Shown here piece after piece: positions 38,458 to 50,170 of a DNA stretch of 64,000 bases. Under the pieces are notes generated by a model that saw only the letters and a list, made by a program, of their open reading frames with translations, had not been told where the DNA came from and made no database searches. Numbering within the stretch: the stretch's first letter is position 1; every line of letters starts with the position of its first letter. The stretch is taken from the NCBI GenBank assembly GCA_046290225.1, contig JBKAGE010000035.1, forward strand, positions 482,783 through 546,782, in the 5' to 3' direction. This DNA is from Bradymonadia bacterium. Lineage in GTDB: Bacteria > Myxococcota_A > Bradymonadia > UBA7976 > UBA1532. The position numbers and the translations under genes were made by a program.

Positions 38458-39732
38458 ATGCTTGATCTCCGCCAGCTCTCTCGTGATGCAGAGGCTTTTG
38501 TTCAGCAGCTGACCCGTCGAGGCGAGGGCCTCGATCTCAGCGAAGTCGTCGCCCTCGACGCCGAGCGGCGGTCCCTGATCCAGTCCAGTGATGCCCTGCG
38601 GCATCGGCAAAAGGAAGCCCAGAAAGCCATGGGCAAGGCCGACAAGCAGAGCGAGGCCTTCATCCAGTTCCGCGAGGAGATGAAGGCGGTCTCGAACGAG
38701 ATCAAAGAGTCCGCAGAGCGCCTGCGCGCTGTAGAGGAGCAGCTCAAGGGCTTCATGATGCAGCTGCCCAACGTGCCCGCTGCAGAGTGTCCCGACGGCA
38801 AGGACGAGTCCGAGAACGTGGTGGTGAGCCACTGGGGCGAGAAGCCGGCCATGGACTTCGAGCCCAAGGCCCACTGGGACGTGGCCGAGGGCCTCGGGAT
38901 CCTCGACTTCGAGCGGGGCACCAAGATCACGGGCGCCCGATTCACGGTCTACAAGGGCCTCGGCGCCCGCCTCGAGCGTGCGTTGATTCAGTTCATGCTC
39001 GATCTGCACACCGAAGAGGGTGGCTACACCGAGATCCTGCCGCCGTTCCTGGTGAGCGAGGACTCGATGCTCGCCGCGGGGCAGTTCCCCAAGTTCCGGG
39101 AAGACGCTTTCGAGACTGCCAAGGACGGCTTCGTGCTGGTGCCCACGGCAGAGGTGCCCCTCACCAACCTGCACCGGGACGAGATCCTCACCGCGGAGCA
39201 GTTGCCGGTGCGCTATGCCGCCTACACGCCGTGCTTCCGTCGTGAGGCGGGCAGCCACGGCCGGGACACCCGCGGTCTCATCAGGCAGCATCAGTTCCAG
39301 AAAGTGGAGCTCTACCACTTCTGCAGCCCCGAGGACTCCGTCGCCGAGCACACGCACCTGCTCAAGTGCGCCGAAGAGGTCCTGCGACGCTTAAACCTGC
39401 ACTACCGCGTCGTCGATCTGTGCACGGGTGATCTCGGCTTCGGGGCCAACCGGACCTACGATCTCGAGGTGTGGTTGCCGGGCATGCAGGCGTATCGCGA
39501 GATCAGCTCCTGCTCGAACTGCGGTGACTTCCAGGCGCGGCGGGCGGCGATCCGTTACCGCGCTCCCGACGCGAAGAAGCCGGTGCTGGTGCACACCCTC
39601 AACGGTTCCGGCCTCGCTGTGGGCCGTACGGTGGTGGCCATCCTCGAGAACTACCAGCGCGCTGACGGCTCGGTGGAGATCCCCGAGGCGCTGCGCCCCT
39701 ACATGCGGGCCGACGAGATCCCTGCCCCTTGA
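38458..39732 (+). CDS. serS: Serine--tRNA ligase
   Basis: [51 protein letters not shown]. Confidence 0.97.
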   Translation: MLDLRQLSRDAEAFVQQLTRRGEGLDLSEVVALDAERRSLIQSSDALRHRQKEAQKAMGKADKQSEAFIQFREEMKAVSNEIKESAERLRAVEEQLKGFMMQLPNVPAAECPDGKDESENVVVSHWGEKPAMDFEPKAHWDVAEGLGILDFERGTKITGARFTVYKGLGARLERALIQFMLDLHTEEGGYTEILPPFLVSEDSMLAAGQFPKFREDAFETAKDGFVLVPTAEVPLTNLHRDEILTAEQLPVRYAAYTPCFRREAGSHGRDTRGLIRQHQFQKVELYHFCSPEDSVAEHTHLLKCAEEVLRRLNLHYRVVDLCTGDLGFGANRTYDLEVWLPGMQAYREISSCSNCGDFQARRAAIRYRAPDAKKPVLVHTLNGSGLAVGRTVVAILENYQRADGSVEIPEALRPYMRADEIPAP

Positions 39733-39802
39733 GAGGGTGGCTTCCCAGGCCCTTCTTTCGAGGGGGCTGTGGATAAAAACGCATCAGGTGTCATTAGACC
39801 TG

Positions 39803-39831
39803 TTGACTTGCCAGTGGGGGTCCGCTAAAAA
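39803..39831 (+). promoter_or_regulatory. sigma70-type tRNA promoter, with a consensus DnaA box upstream at 39768-39776
   Basis: TTGACT-N17-TAAAAA; TGTGGATAA upstream. Confidence 0.5.
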
Positions 39832-39871
39832 CCGCTTCGCTCGGTGGCCGGGCATGTAGATGGCTACATGC

Positions 39872-39961
39872 GGAGGAGTGGCCGAGCGGTTTAAGGCGGC
39901 GGTCTTGAAAACCGTTGTGGGTTCACCCCCACCGTGGGTTCGAATCCCACCTCCTCCGCCA
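39872..39961 (+). tRNA. tRNA-Ser(TGA)
   Basis: GGAGGAG/CTCCTCC acceptor, CT-TGA-AA loop, long variable arm, CCA. Confidence 0.96.
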
Positions 39962-40096
39962 AACTCAAATCATCCCGACACAAAATGTGGTCGAGGTGAT
40001 CAGGTTCATTGACAGCTCGAAGATCGACGTTTTAAACGTCTGATCGAACATTGAGCGCCCCGTAGGGCCGCTTCGAGAGAAGCGACTTTGCACGAT

Positions 40097-40186
40097 GGAG
40101 AGATGGCCGAGTGGCTGAAGGCGCTCCCCTGCTAAGGGAGTAAGGGGTTTGAAGCCCCTTCGAGGGTTCGAATCCCTCTCTCTCCG
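40097..40186 (+). tRNA. tRNA-Ser(GCT)
   Basis: GGAGAGA/TCTCTCC acceptor, CT-GCT-AA loop, long variable arm. Confidence 0.96.
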
Positions 40187-40195
40187 CCCTGTTTT

Positions 40196-40269
40196 GCACT
40201 CGTAGCTCAGCTGGATAGAGCATCGGTCTACGGAACCGAGGGTCGCAGGTTCGAATCCTGCCGAGTGCG
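40196..40269 (+). tRNA. tRNA-Arg(ACG)
   Basis: GCACTCG/CGAGTGC acceptor, TCGGT-CTACGGA-ACCGA arm. Confidence 0.96.
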
Positions 40270-40270
40270 C

Positions 40271-40304
40271 AAAGCCCAACCCCACAAGGGTTCGGGCTTT
40301 TTTT
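40271..40304 (+). terminator. Intrinsic terminator after tRNA-Arg
   Basis: AAAGCCC-AACCC...GGGTT-C-GGGCTTT followed by a T run. Confidence 0.7.
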
Positions 40305-40342
40305 GTGCGAAGTTGCCCATCTCATTGGGACCTACACCGCTC

Positions 40343-40882
40343 ATGTCCGATCACCACCATACCGCCGAAGATCAGGCTCTCGATGATCATCACTGGATGG
40401 GCATCTGCATCGCCGACGCACAGCGTGCCGCTGAGCTCGGTGAAGTGCCGGTGGCCGCCATCGTGGTCAGCGAAGGTCGCATCATCGGTCGGGGGTACAA
40501 CCTCAGAGAGTGTACGGGTGATCCCACCGCGCATGCGGAGATCGTCGCCCTGAGAGACGCCGCTCGAACCGTCGGGTTCTGGCGTGTGCTCGACAGCACC
40601 CTCTATGTCACCCTCGAGCCCTGCCCCATGTGTGCAGGGGCGCTGGTCAACAGTCGGGTCACCCGCCTCGTGTACGGGGCACCTGATCCAAAGGCCGGCG
40701 CGGTGGACAGCCTCTACTCGATCACCACTGATCCTCGGTTGAACCATCGACTCGAGGTGTTGGGTGGCGTACGAGAGGCTGAGTGTGCCGAGCTGCTTCG
40801 GGCCTTCTTCAGGGCACGACGCGGCAAAAAGCGCAAAGCCGTCCGGCGTGAGCCGGACAGCTCGAAGCCGACGAAGGCATAG
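40343..40882 (+). CDS. tadA: tRNA adenosine(34) deaminase
   Basis: GEVPV.A, DPTAHAE, TLYVTLEPCPMCAGA, DPKAGA, LNH. Confidence 0.96.
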   Translation: MSDHHHTAEDQALDDHHWMGICIADAQRAAELGEVPVAAIVVSEGRIIGRGYNLRECTGDPTAHAEIVALRDAARTVGFWRVLDSTLYVTLEPCPMCAGALVNSRVTRLVYGAPDPKAGAVDSLYSITTDPRLNHRLEVLGGVREAECAELLRAFFRARRGKKRKAVRREPDSSKPTKA

Positions 40883-41058
40883 CCTGAGGAGCGAAGAGTT
40901 GACCGAAGGTTGGCGGAGCGCTCAAACGGCACTGCGCAAAGCCGTCCGGCGTGAGCCGGACAGCTCGAAGCCGACGAAGGCATAGCCTGAGGAGCGAAGA
41001 GCTGACCGAAGGTCGGCGAAGCGCTCAGATAGCACTGCGCTCAAACGGCACTGCGCAA
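40831..41058. repeat. Tandem 103-bp hairpin-rich duplication (family C) overlapping the tadA 3' end
   Basis: Units start at 40831 and 40934, near-identical, with a partial third junction. Confidence 0.9.
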
Positions 41059-41102
41059 AATCAGACAAAACGTCGATCAGACGCCCAAGTGACAGCTCCC
41101 GA

Positions 41103-41189
41103 GGAGAGGTGACCGAGAGGCCGAAGGTGCTTGACTCGAAATCAAGTGTGGGTTTACGCCCACCGTGGGTTCGAATCCCACCCTCTCCG
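41103..41189 (+). tRNA. tRNA-Ser(CGA)
   Basis: GGAGAGG/CCTCTCC acceptor, CTTGA-CTCGAAA-TCAAG arm. Confidence 0.96.
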
Positions 41190-41229
41190 CTCCATTTCTA
41201 GCTGTGATTCATGGCGTCAAATCTCGATT

Positions 41230-41317
41230 GGAGAGGTGACCGAGAGGCCGAAGGTGCACGACTGGAAATCGTGTGTGCCCTAACCGGGTACCGAGGGTTC
41301 GAATCCCTCCCTCTCCG
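41230..41317 (+). tRNA. tRNA-Ser(GGA)
   Basis: GGAGAGG/CCTCTCC acceptor, CACGA-CTGGAAA-TCGTG arm. Confidence 0.96.
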
Positions 41318-41385
41318 CTGAGTGTGTATGGCCCTTCGGGGCTATGCGCAACTCCTACTGCCGTGTATATTGCACAGCAGTTTAT

Positions 41386-41479
41386 GACGGCCGGGCCCGA
41401 TGGTCGGAGCCCGTGAACTCCGCCAGGGCCGGAAGGCAGCAACGGTAGCGGATCCTCCGGGGTGTTGGGTCCGGTCGTC
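41386..41479 (+). ncRNA. ffs: Signal recognition particle RNA (small bacterial SRP, 4.5S)
   Basis: Long hairpin with CAGGGCCGGAAGGCAGCA helix-8 motif, directly upstream of dnaX. Confidence 0.92.
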
Positions 41480-41573
41480 GACCAATCTCTCGCGGTGATG
41501 CCCGCCCCCTCAGGGCGTCACCCACCCACGACTTCTGCCCCAAGGTAGAAGTGTCAGCTCAGGGGCATGGTCA

Positions 41574-43991
<2,418 letters not shown>

Positions 43992-44011
43992 ATCCAGAGA
44001 AAGGAATCATC

Positions 44012-44335
44012 ATGGCCAAGACCCGCGGCGGAGCCGGCAACATCATGCTGCAAGCCCAGCGTATGCAGGGCCAGATCAAACAGCTCCAAGAGGTGCTCGC
44101 CGAGAAAGAGTTCGAGGGCTCTGCCGGTGGCAGCCTCGTGAAGGTGGTGGTCGACGGCCGCCAGAAGGTGAAGCGCATCGAGATCACCCCCGAGGCCATC
44201 AACCCCGACGATCTCGACGAGGTGGCCGATCTCGTCACCGCGGCGGTGAACATGGCGGTGAGCGCGAGCCAGGAGCACAGCCAGACCGAGATGCGCAAGA
44301 TCACCGGCGGCATCTCCCTGCCCGGGCTCTTCTGA
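44012..44335 (+). CDS. ybaB: YbaB/EbfC nucleoid-associated protein
   Basis: QAQRMQ, GSAGG.LVKV, DL...AVN.A; lies between dnaX and recR. Confidence 0.93.
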   Translation: MAKTRGGAGNIMLQAQRMQGQIKQLQEVLAEKEFEGSAGGSLVKVVVDGRQKVKRIEITPEAINPDDLDEVADLVTAAVNMAVSASQEHSQTEMRKITGGISLPGLF

Positions 44336-44336
44336 G

Positions 44337-44933
44337 GTGGTCCGGCCTGATCCGATCCGTCGTCTGATCCTGGCGTTGAGCCGGTTGCCGGGCATCGGTG
44401 AGAAGAGCGCCGCACGTCTGGCGTTCTTCCTGATGAACGCCGAAGAGTCCGTCAGCCGCGATCTCTCCGAGGCCCTGCTCGAGGTGCGCGATCGCATTCA
44501 CATGTGCTCGATCTGCTGCAACCTCACCGAAGACGATCCATGTCGCTTCTGCGCTGATCCCCGTCGCTCGGACGAGACGATCTGTGTGGTCGAGTCGGTG
44601 CCCAGCCTCATGGCCATCGAGCGCACTGGAGAATACCGTGGCCGCTACCACGTGCTCCACGGCGTGCTCTCTCCCCTCGAGGGCATCGGCCCCGATCAGC
44701 TGCACATCAAGCAGCTGGTGGCCCGCCTCAGCGGTGACACGGTGCAAGAGGTCATCGTGGCCACGAACCCCAGCGTCGAGGGCGAGGCCACGGCGCTCTA
44801 CATTCAGAAGCTGTGCACCCCCCTCGGCGTCAAGGTGACCCGCATCGCCAGCGGCGTGCCCATCGGCGGTGATCTCGAGTATGCCGATCAGGCCACGCTC
44901 TCTCGCGCCCTTGAGGAGCGGCGGGAGCTCTGA
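44337..44933 (+). CDS. recR: Recombination mediator RecR
   Basis: LPGIGEKSA.R, C4 zinc finger, YHVLHG..SP, ATNP.VEGEATA, G.DLEYAD. Confidence 0.97.
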   Translation: MVRPDPIRRLILALSRLPGIGEKSAARLAFFLMNAEESVSRDLSEALLEVRDRIHMCSICCNLTEDDPCRFCADPRRSDETICVVESVPSLMAIERTGEYRGRYHVLHGVLSPLEGIGPDQLHIKQLVARLSGDTVQEVIVATNPSVEGEATALYIQKLCTPLGVKVTRIASGVPIGGDLEYADQATLSRALEERREL

Positions 44934-45078
44934 AGCACCCACGGCGCCCACAAAGCGCTCTCCCCCTTTGCCCTCACCTTGTGCCGCATTATGGCCGATG
45001 CTAGTGTCCTCCCTGGCATGGGCACAGCGCCCCATGCGCCCCTAACTCGCACCCATACAGCAGGCGGAAAAGCAGCCG

Positions 45079-45558
45079 ATGAATTCCCAGATGGTGTTGT
45101 ACGAGGAGGAGTACAAGCAGATCGTATCTGCCTGTGACAAACTCCACCGTGACGCGTCGGCGAGGGCCGTATTTCTCGTCGACAAGAACGGCCAGCTCAT
45201 CGCCAACAGCGGCGACGCAGGCGAGCTGGACACCACCTCCCTGGCCAGCCTCACCGCGGGCAACATCGCCGCCACTGGGGGCCTCGCGCAGCTGCTCGGC
45301 GAAAAAGAGTTCGCCATCCAGTTCCACGAGGGCGAGAAGGACAACATCCACATCTCCCTCGTGGGGCAGCGCGTCATCCTCGTCGTCATCTTCGACGAGC
45401 GCTCGTCACTGGGTCTGGTGCGGTTGAGGGTGCGCAAGGCCAGCTCCGAGCTGGCGCAGATCTTCGAGATCATCAACTCGAAGAGCGAAAAGCAGGGGAC
45501 GACGACGTTCTCCGAGATCACCGACGACGACATCGACAGCCTCTTCGGCGACTTCTGA
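45079..45558 (+). CDS. mglB: Roadblock-domain GTPase-activating protein MglB
   Basis: [50 protein letters not shown]. Confidence 0.95.
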   Translation: MNSQMVLYEEEYKQIVSACDKLHRDASARAVFLVDKNGQLIANSGDAGELDTTSLASLTAGNIAATGGLAQLLGEKEFAIQFHEGEKDNIHISLVGQRVILVVIFDERSSLGLVRLRVRKASSELAQIFEIINSKSEKQGTTTFSEITDDDIDSLFGDF

Positions 45559-45574
45559 GAGCAGGTTTTACGGC

Positions 45575-46165
45575 ATGTCCTTCATCAATTACTCGTCCCG
45601 CGAGATCAACTGCAAGATCGTGTACTACGGGCCCGGTCTGTGCGGTAAGACCACGAATCTCCAGTACATCTATGCCAAGACCAGCCCCGAGGCCAAAGGC
45701 AAGATGATCTCTTTGGAGACCGAGACCGAGCGCACGCTCTTTTTCGACTTCCTGCCCCTCGCTCTCGGCGAGATCCGGGGGTTCAAGACGCGCTTCCACC
45801 TCTACACGGTGCCCGGGCAGGTGTTCTACGACGCCAGCCGCAAGCTCATCTTGAAGGGGGTTGATGGGGTGGTCTTCGTCGCTGACTCTCAGGCGGAGCG
45901 TTTCGACGCCAACCTCGAGAGTCTCGACAACCTCAGCGCCAACCTCGCCGAGCACGGCTATGATCTGCGCAAGCTGCCCTACGTGGTGCAGTACAACAAG
46001 CGCGACCTGCCCAGCGCCGTCGATCTCAACTACCTGCGTCAGCACCTCAACCCCACCGGGGTGCCCGACTACGAGGCTGTGGCCACCACCGGCAGCGGGG
46101 TTTTCCAGACCCTCAAGGCCGTGGCCAAGCAGGTGTTGATCGAGCTGAAGAAGGGTGGCCGCTGA
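45575..46165 (+). CDS. mglA: Gliding-motility/polarity GTPase MglA
   Basis: [47 protein letters not shown]. Confidence 0.97.
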   Translation: MSFINYSSREINCKIVYYGPGLCGKTTNLQYIYAKTSPEAKGKMISLETETERTLFFDFLPLALGEIRGFKTRFHLYTVPGQVFYDASRKLILKGVDGVVFVADSQAERFDANLESLDNLSANLAEHGYDLRKLPYVVQYNKRDLPSAVDLNYLRQHLNPTGVPDYEAVATTGSGVFQTLKAVAKQVLIELKKGGR

Positions 46166-47231
46166 GACCGTGTCGACACGGTCCAAACCGCCCACAGCTC
46201 AGAGCCGCCGCCTGAGCCTGCCCAAGCCCTCGGGTCTTCGAGGCCACCTCAAGTACACGTGGGCGGCCTTGGGGCTGATGAGCGACTTTCGTCGTCAGCT
46301 CAAGTTCTTCGACCTCCGCCTCAAAGACAGCGTCATTCGCCGAGACAGGGCCCTCGAGGCCCTCGGTCGTGCCGCCCTCGAGCTCGCTGACAAGCATGGG
46401 GCCGACCGTATCTGGGAAGGCATCACCCCATTTCAAGACACGCTCAAGGCCCTCGAGATCGAGCACACCGACATCGAGAAGCGTAACGCCTTGATGCACG
46501 TGGCCTTGAAGTCCACCGAAGACGAAGGCCGTCGCACGCTCGAGCAGCTCGAAGAGAGACGGACCAGCGTCAGAGCGGATTACGATCCTCAGCTCGCTGC
46601 TGTGAGCGAGCTCCGCGTCCGACAACAGACGCTGAGCACAGAGCTGAGGGATCTCAAGCGCCGCCAGGAGCAGGTTCGAGATCAGCTCGAGTTCATGCGG
46701 GGCCAGATCGAGCGTGGTGAAGGCGACATCGACGAGCTGAGGAAGGTGACGCAAGGTCTCGATGCCCAGCTCATCGAGATCGATCGCGATGTGTCTCAAA
46801 AAGGTGCGGAAGAGGTGGCCCTCGAGACTCAGCTCGAAGCAGAGCAGTCCCGGGCCCAGGCCCTCAAGAGCCAGATCGCCACCCTCGACAACGAAGAGAG
46901 AGAGCGTCGAGCCCAGGTGGAGACGCGCCTCGCCGAGCTGCGGGCCACGATGCAGGAGAGCACACGCAAGGCGGAGAAGCTCGAAGAGCGCCGCCGGGCC
47001 GTACACGTGGACCTCGGTCGCGAGATCACGCTGCTGCCCAAACCCATCGCCAGCCTCAAAGCACAGACCTCACAGGCGATCCTTGCCGGACAAACCTGCA
47101 ATCAAATCACCGCGGCGAGGACCAGCGTGCTCAGCCAGTGGGAGTTGCTCGATGGCGCGCCCATTCGGCGGACTGTCACCTGGATCGTGCTCGCTGTGTT
47201 CGCTCTGATCATCGCCGCCATCGTGTGGTGA
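46155..47231 (+). CDS. Coiled-coil protein with a C-terminal membrane anchor
   Basis: Long E/L/R/Q heptad region, terminal hydrophobic helix; overlaps the mglA stop. Confidence 0.7.
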   Translation: MAAETVSTRSKPPTAQSRRLSLPKPSGLRGHLKYTWAALGLMSDFRRQLKFFDLRLKDSVIRRDRALEALGRAALELADKHGADRIWEGITPFQDTLKALEIEHTDIEKRNALMHVALKSTEDEGRRTLEQLEERRTSVRADYDPQLAAVSELRVRQQTLSTELRDLKRRQEQVRDQLEFMRGQIERGEGDIDELRKVTQGLDAQLIEIDRDVSQKGAEEVALETQLEAEQSRAQALKSQIATLDNEERERRAQVETRLAELRATMQESTRKAEKLEERRRAVHVDLGREITLLPKPIASLKAQTSQAILAGQTCNQITAARTSVLSQWELLDGAPIRRTVTWIVLAVFALIIAAIVW

Positions 47232-47335
47232 TCAACACAGGTCCAACTGATGTGAACAGCGACGAATTCGCACGATAGCTTCGTCGCATGTGAATAACCT
47301 TGTGGGTGACTTCGTTTGAGACCCCATCAACAGGG

Positions 47336-47363
47336 TTGACAACAGCCCGAAAAAAAATAAAGT
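47336..47363 (+). promoter_or_regulatory. sigma70-type promoter with a long structured leader
   Basis: TTGACA-N16-TAAAGT. Confidence 0.55.
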
Positions 47364-47547
47364 ACGCGCCCCAAAAGGCGCTGATCTGGCTTTGACTCGA
47401 TCTGTGCTTTTTCGTAAAGATGCCCAGCAATCCATCTACCGGGGAGTACACGAGGTAGATGGTGCGTGGCATCGGGCAAACCCAGAGCGCCTTCACTGCT
47501 CTGGCCTGAAGCAAGCTTTTCAAGGCTCTTAAGAGAGGAGCGAGATT

Positions 47548-48243
47548 ATGAAGGTTCTCGAGAAACTGTTGGCTCTTTCCCTGTGCATCAGCACTGCTGC
47601 TTTCGTCGTCGCCTGTGACGTGGACGACGAGGATGCCGATGGCGGTGCTGGTGGCGGCGAGGCCGGCGCCGGTGGTGACGTCGGTGGCGCTGGTGGTGAT
47701 GTCGGTGGTGCCGGTGGCGAGGCCCCCGTCTACAACCACCTCATCATCATCGACAACTCCATTGATGAGAACATGGCCGGTACCCCCGGTGCCGACATCT
47801 GCGGCATCGAGGTGGACTGCAACCTGAGCCCCGCCATCGAGTCCTTCGTGCAGGGCGAGGGCGGCATCTGCGAAGAGGTCGGTGACAACTGCTCCGCCGC
47901 TCGCAACGACGCCGACGCCATCCTCGACGACGGCACCACCTGTGAGCCCGCCTCGGCCCCCTCGGACTACCTGTCCCTGGGCCTGAGCGGCACCGTCACC
48001 GTCGTGTTCGACGGCGATCTGCAGGGCTGCGGCGTCACCATCCGCGAGCTCGTGGGCAACGACTCCGAGGGCTACCAGGTCCAGGTCTGCGCCGACGAGG
48101 CTTCCACCGACTGCCTGCCCCTCGACGGCGAGGCCACCACCCTGGCCTTCGAGGACGGTGGTGAGGGTACCTTCACCGTGCCTTCCGCCCCTGAGGGTGG
48201 CGACGAGGGTGGCGAGGGTGGTGCCGGTGGCGCTGCCGAGTAA
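47548..48243 (+). CDS. Acidic Cys-containing lipoprotein with a Gly linker
   Basis: GAGGAG RBS, VVAC lipobox, strongly biased codons. Confidence 0.8.
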   Translation: MKVLEKLLALSLCISTAAFVVACDVDDEDADGGAGGGEAGAGGDVGGAGGDVGGAGGEAPVYNHLIIIDNSIDENMAGTPGADICGIEVDCNLSPAIESFVQGEGGICEEVGDNCSAARNDADAILDDGTTCEPASAPSDYLSLGLSGTVTVVFDGDLQGCGVTIRELVGNDSEGYQVQVCADEASTDCLPLDGEATTLAFEDGGEGTFTVPSAPEGGDEGGEGGAGGAAE

Positions 48244-48294
48244 TCACACATCACGTGTGAGCTGACGACCCGTTGTGGTCGTTCAGCGAAGAGA

Positions 48295-48319
48295 GGAGGC
48301 CTTCGGGTCTCCTTTTTTT
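48295..48319 (+). terminator. Intrinsic terminator
   Basis: GGAGGCC-TTCG-GGTCTCC-T7. Confidence 0.8.
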
Positions 48320-48321
48320 AT

Positions 48322-48609
48322 GGCTCCGGCGCTGCGGCGGCGTCAGCCGCCGTGACGCCGGCGATTTCACGCACAGGCCGCGGCGTCCCAATCCTCGGGG
48401 TAGCGCTGGCAAATGCCTTCGCTACCCCTGCGGTTGGGCCACCACGTCTGTACGCAAACTCGCCGACGTCACGACGACTGCCACCACCTCCGCGCCTCCG
48501 CGGGGCTCGTGCATAGGTGGGTTATGGCTTTGTGGGGCTCTTTGGGGCTTTTGACTGCTGTCACTTCCACGCCTCCGCTGGGCATGTGCACAGGTGGGTT
48601 GTGGCTTTG
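48322..48609. repeat. Structured repeat, family B, copy 1, plus a partial duplicate from 48553
   Basis: Homologous to 63576..63772; long imperfect palindrome. Confidence 0.8.
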
Positions 48610-48929
48610 AGGGCTGGGGTGGTTGGTTTTTTGGCTTGGGGGGTGAGGGCAGTTGCTGGTGGATGACTGCGATTGTGTTCGCATGATTCGAAGATGGCTG
48701 TCTCGTGGCTCGCAACGATACTCATGCCATCGTTGATGGGTGGCGCTGCATGCCATTCGTTGCCAGGTGACGCTGGATTTTTGTCTCTGAGGTGGGTGTG
48801 CCGTCTGTGTTGTGGCTGAGCCAGACTGCGACTGGCCGTTAGGTACATCATCTGGCTTTTACCCAGGGGTTTGGCCTCGTGGGGGGTCGCTGCTATAACC
48901 GAGACCTTCACAGCCGCCTACGAGGTTCC

Positions 48930-49649
48930 ATGAACGCCACCGCCCTCGCCGAGCAGTTCAACACCGTCGGCCAGCAACTCGAAGCCAGCGAGCATCGGTT
49001 GATTCTGCGCCAGGCGCGCGCCCTGCTCGAAGCCGAGGCCGATGCCGAAGCCATGGGCTTCTTGCGGACGGCTGCATCGATCCATGGTGAGCTTGGGCCG
49101 TTGGTGGGCCAGCTCGAGGCTTACTTTCAGGGGGGTGGGCAGAGCCTCGTGCTCGTCTCTGATCAGGCGTGGCGTACGGGGTGTGCCCACGAGCGTCGGT
49201 TTGAGCAGCAGATCGACGCTGGTACTCAGCGCCGTGATCTTGCCTCGTTGATGTCGATCGCTGTTCAGCAGAGCGCAGGCGCTGCCCAGGGCCAGCCCTT
49301 CACACCAATCTCTGCCGGCCCTGTGGCGCCCGAGACGCCGCCTCCGGCACCGCGGGACGAAGGCCTCATGGTCCGGGACATCAACCTGCCCGAGCTCGAC
49401 GAAGAGTCGTCGATGCCTCGCCCTGGTGCCGTGGCCACACCCATCCCCAAGACGTCGGCCCTGCCCCAGGTCACCGATCAGACACCTGCAGCTCAGCAAG
49501 CTGCCCAAGCTGTTGCTCAGAGCCCTGCCACGCCTACGGCGCCGGCCCAGAAGCCCGGGGTCTCCGGCAAACTGGTGGTCGGTGTGGTCCTGCTGCTCGT
49601 GGCGGTGGGCTATGGCATCGTGCGGTACATGCTCAACGCCAACAGCTGA
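48930..49649 (+). CDS. Hypothetical protein with Pro-rich linker and C-terminal TM
   Basis: GAGG RBS, host-like codon usage. Confidence 0.6.
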   Translation: MNATALAEQFNTVGQQLEASEHRLILRQARALLEAEADAEAMGFLRTAASIHGELGPLVGQLEAYFQGGGQSLVLVSDQAWRTGCAHERRFEQQIDAGTQRRDLASLMSIAVQQSAGAAQGQPFTPISAGPVAPETPPPAPRDEGLMVRDINLPELDEESSMPRPGAVATPIPKTSALPQVTDQTPAAQQAAQAVAQSPATPTAPAQKPGVSGKLVVGVVLLLVAVGYGIVRYMLNANS

Positions 49650-49711
49650 GCCATCGAAGGCAGCCATCCTGGCTGTGCTGGTCAGCGTGAATCACACCCG
49701 GCAGATCACCC

Positions 49712-49963
49712 TCATCCCAGAGGGATCGCCTCTTCGATGAGCAGGTTGGGCACCCCGTTGATGATGGGGTAGAGGTAGCGCCCGTCCGCACGGACCAGGC
49801 CGCCTTCGAGGGCCTTGTTCAGCGTGCGGCCTGCGCGGTTTTGGACCTTGCCTGCGCCGATTTTGGTGTTGAGGCTGCTCAAGGCGTCCTGGCTGGCCAG
49901 AGTCAGCTTTTCGCGGCTCTCGGGGCACGCGAGCAGGGTCAGCAATTGCTCGTCGATGGCCAT
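49712..49963 (-). CDS. Trm112-like (UPF0434) protein
   Basis: LL..LACP...L; YPI.NGVP.LL.EEA. Confidence 0.85.
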   Translation of the reverse strand: MAIDEQLLTLLACPESREKLTLASQDALSSLNTKIGAGKVQNRAGRTLNKALEGGLVRADGRYLYPIINGVPNLLIEEAIPLG

Positions 49964-50170
49964 GTGGGCTCCATTCTCGAGGTGGTGCGCCCCACGAATA
50001 GATCAGATGTGCCCGATTTCAAAGGCGAACCGTCTTTGATGGCTGCAACGTTTGGCGCACTGAGCGTGACGGGGCGAAATCTCTGGGGTTTTTTAGCGTA
50101 AATCGCCAAAGCCCTTTAGCATCCCGTGGGATGTTGCGCGAGCGCAACCACACAGTCGTCGAGAGCACCC

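Noticed and set aside
39872..39961. Selenocysteine or suppressor tRNA
   Set aside because: Anticodon TGA reads UCA (Ser), and the acceptor stem is a normal 7 bp.
47473..47515. c-di-GMP-I riboswitch suggested by GGCAAACC
   Set aside because: No GNRA-capped P2 and no following GACGCAAAGC motif.
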